Part shown: positions 45,601 through 57,600 of the stretch, piece after piece
Layout of the letters: each line of letters begins with the position of its first letter
Numbering within the stretch: the stretch's first letter is position 1
Assembly: GCA_950097015.1 (NCBI GenBank)
Contig: CATNEN010000002.1
Location: 3,286,001 to 3,350,000, forward strand
Origin: Macrostomum hystrix
Lineage: Eukaryota; Animalia; Platyhelminthes
Length of the DNA: 64,000 bases
Direction: 5' to 3'
Program-made: the position numbers and the translations under genes
Notes under the pieces: model-generated
Databases searched by the model: none
What the model saw: only the letters and a program-made list of their open reading frames with translations
What the model was told of the DNA's origin: nothing

Positions 45601-48600
45601 TCTTCGAGATGAACATCCTGCCGTTCATCCCCGAATCGTCGCCTTCGCCAGGTCGGGCTAAGGGGTCGAGGTTTAACGTACGTTAGCCCGACTAACGCAC
45701 TTAGAGATGTCAACTTAAGACTCCAGAATGGAGACCTATGGTCAATCATCGAACCAAATCAACTGAAATCAGCAGCTGGTCGATCCAGTTGACCAGAGTA
45801 TCCCCAGGGTACCCTGAAATAAAGCGAACCCTAATACTGAGCGAAACCCATTTCCCTGACTCCTGAGCACACAGTACACAGATAAAGTACACAGACCCTG
45901 ATTTCAGGTAAAGTACTATCTTACTGCACCTTTAAGCTGGCCCTAAAGCGTGCCAATTGTACAGCAAAACCCTTAAACCTTCTCGCTGCGGCTGCGCCCC
46001 AAGTTAGTGTGGGCATGCCGCGAGTTCGAGCAGGAATCTTGGTGCTCTGAGAAACTAAGACCGCTCTGCCACTCACCCCCTTCTAACAAACATTGACCGA
46101 GCTACTAAGTTAGAAAATGTTACAGGAACGGAATCTTCAACAACGGCCTTGAAGGTGTCTCTCATAATGCAATCTTGAAGCTTACTACGCTATAACTGAA
46201 CCTAATCCGAATTAGCTTTCACAACTTTCAGCAGAATCATGTTGCGCGAAAAGCTCTTACTTTGCACGAAAGCCTTGATGGGCACCGACTGAATAAACAG
46301 ATCTTCATCGCCCGATACGTTGATGAATGACCTGACACCCACGCACATGAAAATGCCCGAATCGCTCACGGAGCCAGTCTGCAGCGTCAGGGTCGCCTTG
46401 CCGCCCTCCAAACGCTTTTTCATGCCGGAAACCTCGGTGGCAGTGCCGGCTTCCCTCTCATCGTAAAGGCACTTGAAGTTCTTGCACTTTTGTGAGTGTG
46501 TGTGTAATTGGATGCTTGCAAAAATATTCCAAATAGAACGGCTATTTACAGGGCTCTCCAGTGTAACCTACCTTGACCCAGTCCAGGTAGCGATATGCGT
46601 CTGAATTTCTATCCACTTCTCCATCGTAGTTCTGCAGAGTGCAGGTCAGCTCAATCGGTGGTCCATCGCGGCGCAAATCGACGATGTCCGGATTTCGAAT
46701 GATCAATGAAGAGTCCACGATGTCCTTCATTGTGACGACGATGTTGGGCCTCTCGGGAATCGCTAGAGAAAACGATGGTGTGAGAACATTATCTTAGTGG
46801 AAGGCTGGTGGGACTCCTTCTAAACCGGCCGATCTCTTTCTGTACGGACTCACAGACTGATTCTCTGACTCACTGCTTTGGTCTCTTCACTCACAAATAT
46901 TTAGTAGGCCTGTGCTTAGAGATTCAGGCACTAATCTGGGGGTCGGGAGTTTGCCAAACCTCAGCCAAGAAGAAACGATCTGTATTCCCGATTCGCAGCC
47001 AACGGAGAGACAATTCAGCACATTTCGCTGACTTCTGAACATGCACAGGTACATGGATACTGTATTCTGGCACAAACTCACAGGTGATCGTATCTGCCTT
47101 GAAGTTTCTTCAGGCAGTGTACACTCTCAATGTACCTTGGGGTTCGGCTCTCAAGGGCATAAATGGCACGACAAGCCCCGAAGCCTCGGAATCGGGCTCA
47201 GGGACAGGGATCAGAACAAAGACTACATGCAACTTGTTGGTGCCAACCAGTCCAAAGGCTTGACCGTGACCTCTTTAAGGCTTCAAAAATGCCTTGCCCA
47301 AGGCCACATATTGTTTTTCTTTCGGCTGAATTTCGAACTCCAAACCTCATAGTAAGAAGTTCGAAGCTCGAACCATTGAGCTACAGCCACTAGCTCCAAA
47401 GTTACCCCTAGCTCCATCTCATAAGCTTTCTTTCCAATTCAGGCCTGGTACCTTCGACTGCAGTGATAAAGACGTTGTATTCCATGACCTTGGAGAACTG
47501 CGCCTCGCGGCCAGGTTGAAAAAAGGTGTGGCAACGGCAATAGTACATGCCAGAGCTGTCGTGCTTCGCGCCGGTGATGTTCAAAGTCGGCTGAGTCTCC
47601 GAGTACAATGGGATCATCTTGGGCCGAGTGCGTCCGAGCAACTGTCGGGCACTTTTCAGCGGCGTGTACACCCAGGAATAGCGATGACATGGCAGCCCGT
47701 CGTCATCCAGATTGTTGCTGCTAGGCAAGCATGATAAGTTGACGCCTTCACCCTCTTTTAGATAGATGTTTCTGGTGCCTGCGAGTTTTGGCAAGACTTC
47801 AATGTCCGCTTTCTTCGAGTTAAAATTAGACACCGCTATTGTTGACTCTGGCTGACGCTGGCAGCTGAATGTGCCCCAGTGCTCCACGCCCAGCGGGTTC
47901 AGTACAAGATCGTCGCCATCGCGAGACACTCCAGGCGGTAGCAAGTCTGCCTCAGTCTCGTCCATCGAGCTGTAGCGCTGCTTGTTCTGCGCGCCCAGAG
48001 GATTCCCCAGCGATACCGCTGACTTTGCGTTGGCCGGCGTGAACTTCCAGTCGATGGGAATGCTGACCTCGTTTGGACTGCGGACGATCTTATTGCACTT
48101 GAGGCGCATCGCACTGCCCACAGGCTGCTCCACCTTGCTGGTTGGTGACGTCAGTTCCCAGTTGAAGGGCTGCCCTGTATGTGGGAGACAACAGAAATAC
48201 TAAATCCAATGAAAGCAGGTCTATTGGCGATATAATCAAGACATGTGAAGTGGGTGCTCAGATTTGAAATGGTGGAGTACGACGACATAATCGCCAAAGA
48301 ATCATAGCCAGGAGGGTCAGGTTTAGGAGAGGAACAGGGTGCCTTATGCATTCAACCTTTTTTAGTTAAAAAGACCTCCGGGTACTGAAGTATTTCAAAT
48401 ACAGAATAATATTTTTTCTGCATCTCTAAAGATATGAACAACCAATTACAATGAAAACACAGAACGCTAAAATTTTCTGTTCATTCCAATAAACAACTTG
48501 AAAAATAAAAAAACATCGGCATCAGCGAGATATTCAACGATTCTCGTCGGGGTGTATGCTGGCAAAAACCACCAACACCTGTAAAATTTTTCTGCAAAGA

Positions 48601-51600
48601 AAATTTCACCATATGCCATGCATTCATGCATTCAAATTAAACTGTCTAATTAGCACACTTACGTGGCTTAAGAATGATCGGCATTCTTCGACTAACAGTG
48701 ACATTGTTGACCATGTCGCTGACGTGGCATGTCCAATAGCCGGTGTCATTGTCATTCTTCATGTCGTGGACGACTGTGCCCGTAAAATTGGCGCCGTTGG
48801 CCTGCTGCTTGATGGCTTCGAAGCGCTCCGAAAGACGCCCAGTAGGGAACGGGAGCCGTGTCAACGTGGCCCTGAACTGGGCCGGTCGCGACGGCTGCAT
48901 TGTGGAGTGGACGGTTGTGAGTTATTGTCAAGTTTCTTAAGTTTTAATGTCATTTAGAGAAGAGCGACGAACCTCCTTGGCCACAACTGAGCACTTTAGA
49001 GTGGTGGTGTCGGGGTCCTTGGGATCGCTTCGCAGCACCACCCTCTTCACCGAGCTGCTTTGCACCGTCAGGTTTGAAAATGCCACTGCGGACCCGGATC
49101 GTCTGTTGAAGCCTTCGCATCTGTACCGACCACTGTCTGACGGGCTGGCGTCCTTGATCACAAGGCGGGTCGACTTCTCATCGCGCACCTGGTAGATTCG
49201 GGACGTATCTGCCAAACGACGTCCATCAGAGTCCTGCCACTCCAGCAGCCAGGCGGTGCCGTTGTAGCCGGGTTTTTGTCGCCTGACCAGGCAAGTCAGC
49301 ACCACTGTACGACCGGACGGCACATTCAGGTTCTCTGGCTCCACGGTTGGAACCACGTCTGTGAATGCATCGGCCACGGAGTTGACAGTTATGGTACACA
49401 ATATGTTGATCCCGGGATATTACACACAGTATAAGATCCTTAGATATGAACTGCTTTGAATCTGGTTCACTTTATACAGCTTCTAAAACTTTGGATTTAC
49501 ACTGGACATGTTAATTTTGTGAACCAGCTATTTATTTTCTTGTCCGAGAAGTAGCGTATTCATGAAGAGAAAAATTTGCAACAAAAATTGACAACTGTTT
49601 TTCTGCTATCAGTTTCTAGATCCAGACTAGCTAGATAAAACCTGCATCGATGCTGCAAATTCCCATCATAGCATGGTCTAGCCTTAGTCAGCAGTGGCTC
49701 TTATTTGACCAATTTTAATATGAGCCGATCAGCTCGGCTATAAACAACACCCATAAAGGCAAAACCAGTGCACTTGATATCGCTATTATATACTTAGCAC
49801 ATTGAACTCGGCCATTCCATTTGAATGGCAATAGTTAGGTTAAATGTAAATGGAATGGAAACAAAGCTATTCGTTAGCTTACACTCTTCACAATCGGGTC
49901 GCTGTCCTCTTGGTCGGCCCACAATCTTGTCTGCATAGCCTTCCTCGCAGCTGAAATCGTTGAACAAGGAGAGCAAGCAGTACATGTACCATGCATGAAT
50001 GAATGCTTGTTTCCTATGTAGAGCTTTCGCTTTTCGAATGTGAAATCTTATCTAACCACGACTCGGCAAGCGACTATTAGACTCTGCTGAGGTACTGAGT
50101 TTTTTACCTGATTTTCCTCCTAGACTCTTAAAAATATCGAACCATGTAATTTTAGTGCTATTTTATCTTCTGTCTGAATTGAACTGGAATTTGGTCTTAC
50201 GTGTCACAACCCGGAGAGTTCCTGTAGCCTTCTAGGCAGGGAACACACTTCCACCTGTTCACAGTTGAGTTGTAGTCCACAATCTTGTGGAAATCTCCGG
50301 TTGCCTTGCAGTCCTGACGATGAAATTGTTAAGTCTTGATGTAAAACATTTTTGAATTACGGTTTGCTGCCAAACCATTTGGTGATATCAGCTTTAATTT
50401 GAGTTTATCTTATTCCACTGTTTAGTTACATCGGTCTAGCTTGCAATCAACCTGCACTTCGCTCGTGACTACTTGATGCTAAAACAAATTCATGGTACTT
50501 CACAATTTCAGATGCGGAGATAAAAATTGCAAGAGCCAACTTGTTTCTTGTGTCGCAGGTTAACATGTCTTATTGAATGCTAAACAATATCTAGTTGCTA
50601 TCGAGGATCCGACGAAGATGTTTGGGTTAATTCTGTTTGCGCAGAAAATATATTTGCGCAATGTTTTAGCGGCCAGGTTGCTGCTCGGGCCACCGCCTGC
50701 CGCCAGATCCTACGAAGATGTTTGGGTTAATTTTGTTTGCGCAGAAAATCTATTTGCGCAATATTTCAGGGGCCAGCTTGCTGCCCGGGCCACCGCCTGC
50801 CGCAAGCAGCTGCTTTTAAAACCTGAAAAATGCGCCCAGCATCTAACATCTAACGCTCTTCTACAGATCCTACGAAGATGTTTAGGTTAATTTTGTTTGC
50901 GCAGAAAATCTATTTGCGCAATATTTCAGGGGCCAGGTTGCTGCCCGGGCCACCGCCTGCCGCCAGATCCTACGAAGATGTTTAGGTTAATTTTGTTTGC
51001 GCAGAAAATCTATTTGCACAATATTTCAGGGGCCAGGTTGCTGCTCGGGCCACCGCCTGCCGCCAGATCCTACGAAGATGTTTAGGTTAATTTTGTTTGC
51101 TCAGAAAATCTATTTGCGCAATATTTCAGGGGCCAGGTTGCTGCTCGGGCCACCGCCTGCCGCCAGATCCTACGAAGATGTTTAGGTTAATTTGGTTTGC
51201 GCAGAAAATCTATTTGCGCAATATTTCAGGGGCCAGGTTGCTGCCTGGGCCACCGCCTGCCGCCAGCAGCGCCCAGCATCTTAGGAGGCCCTGGGAAGGC
51301 GGCGGCATTGCTACAAGCGCTGGTAGTGATGCAGCAGCCCACGATCTCCATGAATGGAGTGGATGAAGGCAATGATGCCGACTTGCAAAGATGCAGAAAT
51401 GCAAACGTGACCCCTGGTACGGGTTTAGTCTTTGTTATAAAAACATGGAAAAACTGCTTTGACCCTAGATTTGCTTGCTGAACCCTTCCGCCGAAATTCT
51501 GGTTTCTCTTGTCATTTGTCCCGTCCTATGCGAATCATTTGCTAAACCAGCTTTATCAGTTGTAAAACTGCTCCAAAGTGATCCAGGTGCTGGACCCAAG

Positions 51601-54600
51601 CCTTGCATTTTCCGAGGTTCAATTGCAAATAGCTGCTTCTCTGACTAAATTTGTGAATTTCCCCTGTCCCTCGGCTCCGAAGCTCCGAAACCTCACAGAA
51701 AGCGCCCTGGTAGGGATCGGGGCAAACAGTGCAGCGCTCTACGGGAGCTGGTTCAGCACCCGAGCTGGTGTTGGTACTTGACTGGTACGTGATGTCCAGA
51801 ATGCGCACGTTCATCTGGCCCTGGAATTGGTAGATCCGGAAGAAAATTCCACGCAGATCAGCGAGGGCGGTCATCACGTCCATTCTAGTGACGGCCGAAC
51901 CGTCGATGGCACGCAGGTTCTGCTCGTCGAGTGTCACGGAGAAGCGAGTCTCTGGGGCGCGGTTGGTGGTTCGGTCCCAATGCACCAAGGTCTGGCCTCT
52001 CCAGCCCTGATATTTGGATGAATAATAATGCATTTGAATGTAAATAACAGATGCCATTGTAGAGCAAAGCACTCTAATTTTCGACATTTGCTAAATATGA
52101 ATGTCATTCTTCATCTCAAGCACGCTCGCTGTTACGATCGTCTTCCATTCTGCTCAGCAGTTTTTTCACTTTTCACAACGGCCCCTGTCAATTTTAGCAT
52201 AGACGCTGTCGCCGTACCTTGATGCCGAAGATTGGGAACGCCGTATCGGCCATCAGCGCTGTGTCCATGCGCACGTTGACTCGCACGGTGAAGCTCAATT
52301 TGCCGCCGTAGGCTGCCAGCTGAAAATGAAAGTTCACACGATTTCTTTTATTTTACATCACGAACTTGGATTCAGAGTGTCCCAGACTGTTGTCTAGCCG
52401 TACCCGCTTGCCAGACAAGCTCGTCAAGAACACGTAGGACTCGTCATCGTCTCGCAAAGCTGACGCGTCGTCTCCAGTTGGGGCCACGGCTATCTCCGCT
52501 CCGGACTGTACTGTGAGCTTGGCGCGCGAAGTAGCGTCCTCGTACACTCCGTACAGGCCCCAGCCCATCAAACGCACCGCGGATGCTTCCACTGGTACTC
52601 GCTTCTGCAGTCGTGTGTCAAATGAAACCATGTACAGTTGATAAGCATGTCGAGACAAATTTATTAACCTATTCTAAACTGATGAGAGACTTTTCTGTAC
52701 CTCTTCGAAGTAAAGGCCGGCATTTTCGCAAGCATTCGATCGGTCGGAGCAGAAGCAGGGCACGCATCCATCCGGGTGGTCCCGCCTGAGACTGTGGAAG
52801 CCCGGCTTGCACTTGTCACAGTTTTCACCTTCAACGTTCGCCTGAATTCGAAAGATGAAACAATTTCCAATTAGCTTTTTTCGTTGCACTTTATGCTCAT
52901 GTGGCTTCGTACTTTTCGTTTTTTCTTTAGGATGAAACAAAATCTGCAATTAGCTGCTCACCTTGCAATTGCAGACGTTGTTCTGACAAATGCCACCGAT
53001 GTTGCAGGTCTTGTTGCAGTCGATGCCAGTGGCGACTAAATTCAGTTATCAAATTGTTGCTCAAACTTTTCTCATTGGTTTCTATCTGGCTGCGAAGAGC
53101 CAGCTAGTCTTTAATAATTATACTAAAAATAAAATGCCTGCTTGCTTCCTGCAATCGAGTAACTCCGGAAGGGCTTTACCGACTTTTATAACTCCTTGAC
53201 TAAAATATGGCCATTCGCTTATATAAAAAATTGATTCTCTGATGCTGGGGCACATTGGTTCTCTGCTGCTGGGGTACATTGGTTCTCTGATGCTGGGGCA
53301 CATTGGTTCTCTGCTGCTGGGGTACATTGGTTCTCTGATGCTGGGGCACATTGGTTCTCTGCTGCTGGGGTACATTGGTTCTCTGATGCTGGGGCACATT
53401 GGTTCTCTGATGCTGGGGCACATTGGTTCTCTGCTGCTGGGGCACATTGGTTCTCTGATGCTGGGGCACATTGGTTCTCTGCTGCTGGGGTACATTGGTT
53501 CTCTGATGCTGGGGCACATTGGTTCTCTGCTGCTGGGGCACATTGGTTCCCTGATGCTGGGGCACATTTGTTCTCTGATGCTGGGGGAGAGTAGGGTTTT
53601 TCTGCTCAGGTTGCCAGCCAATATGTGATTATGCTTGGGGCAAACAGGTGGTGGCGTATCAGCTTTTTGAGAGGACAAGTGCGATTTGCATTAGAGAATT
53701 GTATAAATCCTGAAATCCTGAAGTTACCTATTGCTAGTAAAAATAATCAAATATATGTTATTCATTTAAATTTATGAAACGTGCTACTGCATTAAAGGTC
53801 ATTAAATATATAATGCCGAAGGTTTGAACTGGTCCATTGATAATAGCACCAATGAACTCGGAATTCGTAATTTTGTCAGGGCATCAAAGCTAGTTCTCCT
53901 TTACTCCGTCCCTCCCTCAAAGGGGGAATCTATTTGCGCGTTACTTGCGCGTTACTTGTACAAGCCCTTGTGTGCAGTGCATTAGATTAACAACTATTAT
54001 CGTTTCTAGTGTATTTTCTATCGAAACGGACGAGAAATAGCTCGTACTAAAGCTAATACACTGCATATACTAGCAACTGACTCACACATTGGTTTTTTGT
54101 CTTTCCACATTCATAATTTCGTGTCTTCCTACTTCCTTTTAAATGACTAGCCGCTTATTTACCATTAGCTTGCAGTCATTATTTAAACACTTGAAGGTTA
54201 GATTAGGTTAGATTAGGTTAGGTTTGCTTAGGTTAGATTTTATCAGATTATAAAATAATGATTAAACGCTTTCTAGTTATAGCTCGTAGACAGCACATCT
54301 GAGATTTGTTATTGGATTCAAAAAGTATGCACAAGAAATCCCATATAACTTGTGAAAAAAGCTCACGTGGGTCCTTAACAAGCGGTACAGGATCCGAGTA
54401 TCTCCTTGTGCCAGACGGATCCACACCGGAACACCTGTACCAGTGATTCCCCCTACTTGGTCTGTGATAGTTGGTGCTCAGGGTAGAGGAAAAAGTTTTG
54501 TGCGTAATCGCCGGCGGCCCGATGGGATCATTGCGCTCATCGTTAAAGTGAAACTTGATGTCTCGGAGGCGCACATCATGAGTGCAGTTCACGAATTGGA

Positions 54601-57600
54601 ACCCGGGAAACGGTGACGGTCCGACTGTCACGGCTGAAAATTCAAGACAGAAAAAGCTTGCCAGTAAAGTATTTGGAATCTACTGTGAATAACAACAGAA
54701 CGTACTAATCTGAATTCGCTGCTCAAATTGCAGCATCACATAGTCAAACTCATCGCCCAGACGGCACTCCAGTCGGTAGTTGTGAAAGCATGGATTGGCG
54801 CGAAATTTAATGGTGACCAGCTGGCTGGAGACGGAGTCCTTGATAGACGTCTCGAAGCCGCCGGTGTTTCGATTCACTGGAATGTCGAAAGATGGGCTGC
54901 CATCCGAAGGCTGAATGCGCCAAACAACGTCATTAAGCTCGCCTCCGATGGGAATTTCGCATTCCAGTTCGCTTACGGCCCCGGGTTTCGTCGACAGGTC
55001 GTAGGTCGACTTGCCGTAATCGTGAATCGTAGGAACTAAAATTTTGTTAATAAATCTTGCGTTTTTATGCCTTGCACACGAAAGTATTACGTTTTATGGA
55101 CTCTGGAGAATTAGGCTCGCACACTTACCAATGACCCGGATGTCCAGAAAGGCATACTTCACTATGCCTCCGACATTGCAACGATAGTAGCCCTTGTTCC
55201 TTACATCGCAGTTCTTAACCGAGAGCACTGATGAGCTCGGGTTTTCTTGAATCTCAACGTTGTCCAGTGTACTGATATTGCGGTACGAACCAGCGGAAGC
55301 GGTGTCATCACGGAATGACCATCTGGTACTGTCAGACGGGTCCACCTTGTGGCACTCGAAAGCAACCTTGCTCTTCGGTGTGACGAAAATCGGGACGCTG
55401 GCAACATCCACCGGCACGGGCCGCATTCCGTCTGAAAAGTTGTAACCGTGCATGAAACTGTAGTCAGTACTATGTATGCATGAAACTGTAGTCAGTACTA
55501 TGTATGCATGAAACTGTAGTCAGTACTATGTATGCATGAAACTGTAGTCAGTACTATGTATGCATGAAACTGTAGTCAGTACTATGTATGCATGAAACTG
55601 TAGTCAGTACTATGTATGCATGAAACTGTAGTCAGTACTATGTATGCATGAAACTGTAGTCAGTACTATGTATGCATGAAACTGTAGTCAGTACTATGTA
55701 TGCATGAAACTGTAGTCAGTACTATGTATGCATGAAACTGTAGTCAGTACTATGTATGCATGAAACTGTAGTCAGTACTATGTATGCATGAAACTGTAGT
55801 CAGTACTATGTATGCATGAAACTGTAGTCAGTACTATGTATGCATGAAACTGTAGTCAGTACTATGTATGCATGAAACTGTAGTCAGTACTATGTATGCA
55901 TGAAACTGTAGTCAGTACTATGTATGCATGAAACTGTAGTCAGTACTATGTATGCATGAAACTGTTGTCAGTACTATGTATGCATGAAACTGTAGTCAGT
56001 ACTATGTATGCATGAAACTGTAGTCAGTACTATGTATGCATGAAACTGTAGTCAGTACTATGTATGCATGAAACTGTAGTCAGTACTATGTATGTGAAAC
56101 TGTAGTCAGTACTATGTGTGCATGAAACTGTAGTCAGTACTATGTATGCATGAAACTGTAGTCAGTACTATGTATGCATGAAACTGTAGTCAGTACTATG
56201 TATGCATGAAACTGTAGTCAGTACTATGTATGCATGAAACTGTAGTCAGTACTATGTATGCATGAAACTGTAGTCAGTACTATGTATGCATGAAACTGTA
56301 GTCAGTACTATGTATGCATGAAACTGTAGTCAGTACTATGTATGCATGAAACTGTAGTCAGTACTATGTATGCATGAAACTGTAGTCAGTACTATGTATG
56401 CATGAAACTGTAGTCAGTACTATGTATGCATGAAACTGTAGTCAGTACTATGTATGCATGAATGCACTATAATGCACGAGCCATTATATTTGCGAGCCAT
56501 TATATTTGCGAGCCATTATATTTGCGAGCCATTATATTTGCGAGCCATTATATTTGCGAGCCATTATATTTGCGAGCCATTATATTTGCGAGCCATTATA
56601 TTTGCGAGCCATTATATTTGCGAGCCATTATATTTGCAGAGCCATTATATTTGCAGAGCCATTATATTTGCAGAGCCATTATATTTGCAGAGCCATTATA
56701 TTTGCGAGCCATTATATTTGCGAGCCATTATATTTGCGAGCCATTATATTTGCGAGCCATTATATTTGCGAGCCATTATATTTGCGAGCCATTATATTTG
56801 CGAGCCATTATATTTGCGAGCCATTATATTTGCAGAGCCATTATATTTGCGAGCCATTATATTTGCGAGCCATTATATTTGCAGAGCCATTATATTTGCA
56901 GAGCCATTATATTTGCAGAGCCATTATATTTGCAGAGCCATTATATTTGCAGAGCCATTATATTTGCAGAGCCATTATATTTGCAGAGCCATTATATTTG
57001 CACATCTGTGCAAATAGTGTCGACACCTCCTGGCATCGTGGTCAGCCTATCAGGCCGCGGATGACCTCGGTTGGCTCGGACGGCCGCGCCTCGGCTGCGG
57101 CAGCCAAGATCGGCACATCAGGGACGAGCAGAGGACAGCGCAGCGCACGCCGTCGCACTGAGCGGCGACGTGAGCGCAACCGGCGTGGGCGACTTCGCGG
57201 TGCTTCAAGACGCCAGTTGCCCCCGGTCTCTGCCGCTTCTGAATCGGATCCGCCGGGTGGCGCCGGGGACCGTGAGGCCCAACGTCATCGGGCCCTAGCC
57301 GTACCAGGTGGTCGCCTCAGGCTCGGCACGCTGAACTGCCGGACCCTGAAGGCCCCCTGGCGTCGCACTCTGCTCGTCCAGCTGGCCCACGACCTACAGC
57401 TGGACCTCATAATGCTGCAGGAGGTCTCTATTGTGGCGGAGCCAGGCCTTCAAAATGAGGACCTTGGAGCCGGATGGAGCCTCTTGTACACGTCGGCAGA
57501 CGGCCGCGGGCGTGGCGGCGTCGGCGTGCTGATCGGACCGCGCCTTCGGCAGAGCGTGCACTGCGCCCCACTCTCCCCGCGTCTGCTGCGGGTTGACCTG

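Noticed and set aside
53118-53678. Repeat-peptide ORFs over the 24-bp VNTR (also 25225-25653), the 100-bp repeats (22929-23513, 50897-51481), the 20-bp repeat (31083-31319) and the 12-bp repeat antisense frames
   Set aside because: Stop-free tandem repeats located in introns or spacers, with no splice or domain support.
55450-56462. CRISPR-like appearance of the 28-bp array
   Set aside because: Units are head-to-tail with no unique spacers, there are no cas genes, and the context is a eukaryotic intron.
56454-57064. ORFs of 187-200 aa, and the N-terminal extension of the 1222-aa ORF
   Set aside because: These are translations of the 16/17-bp minisatellite; the RTE protein more plausibly starts at ATG 57061.
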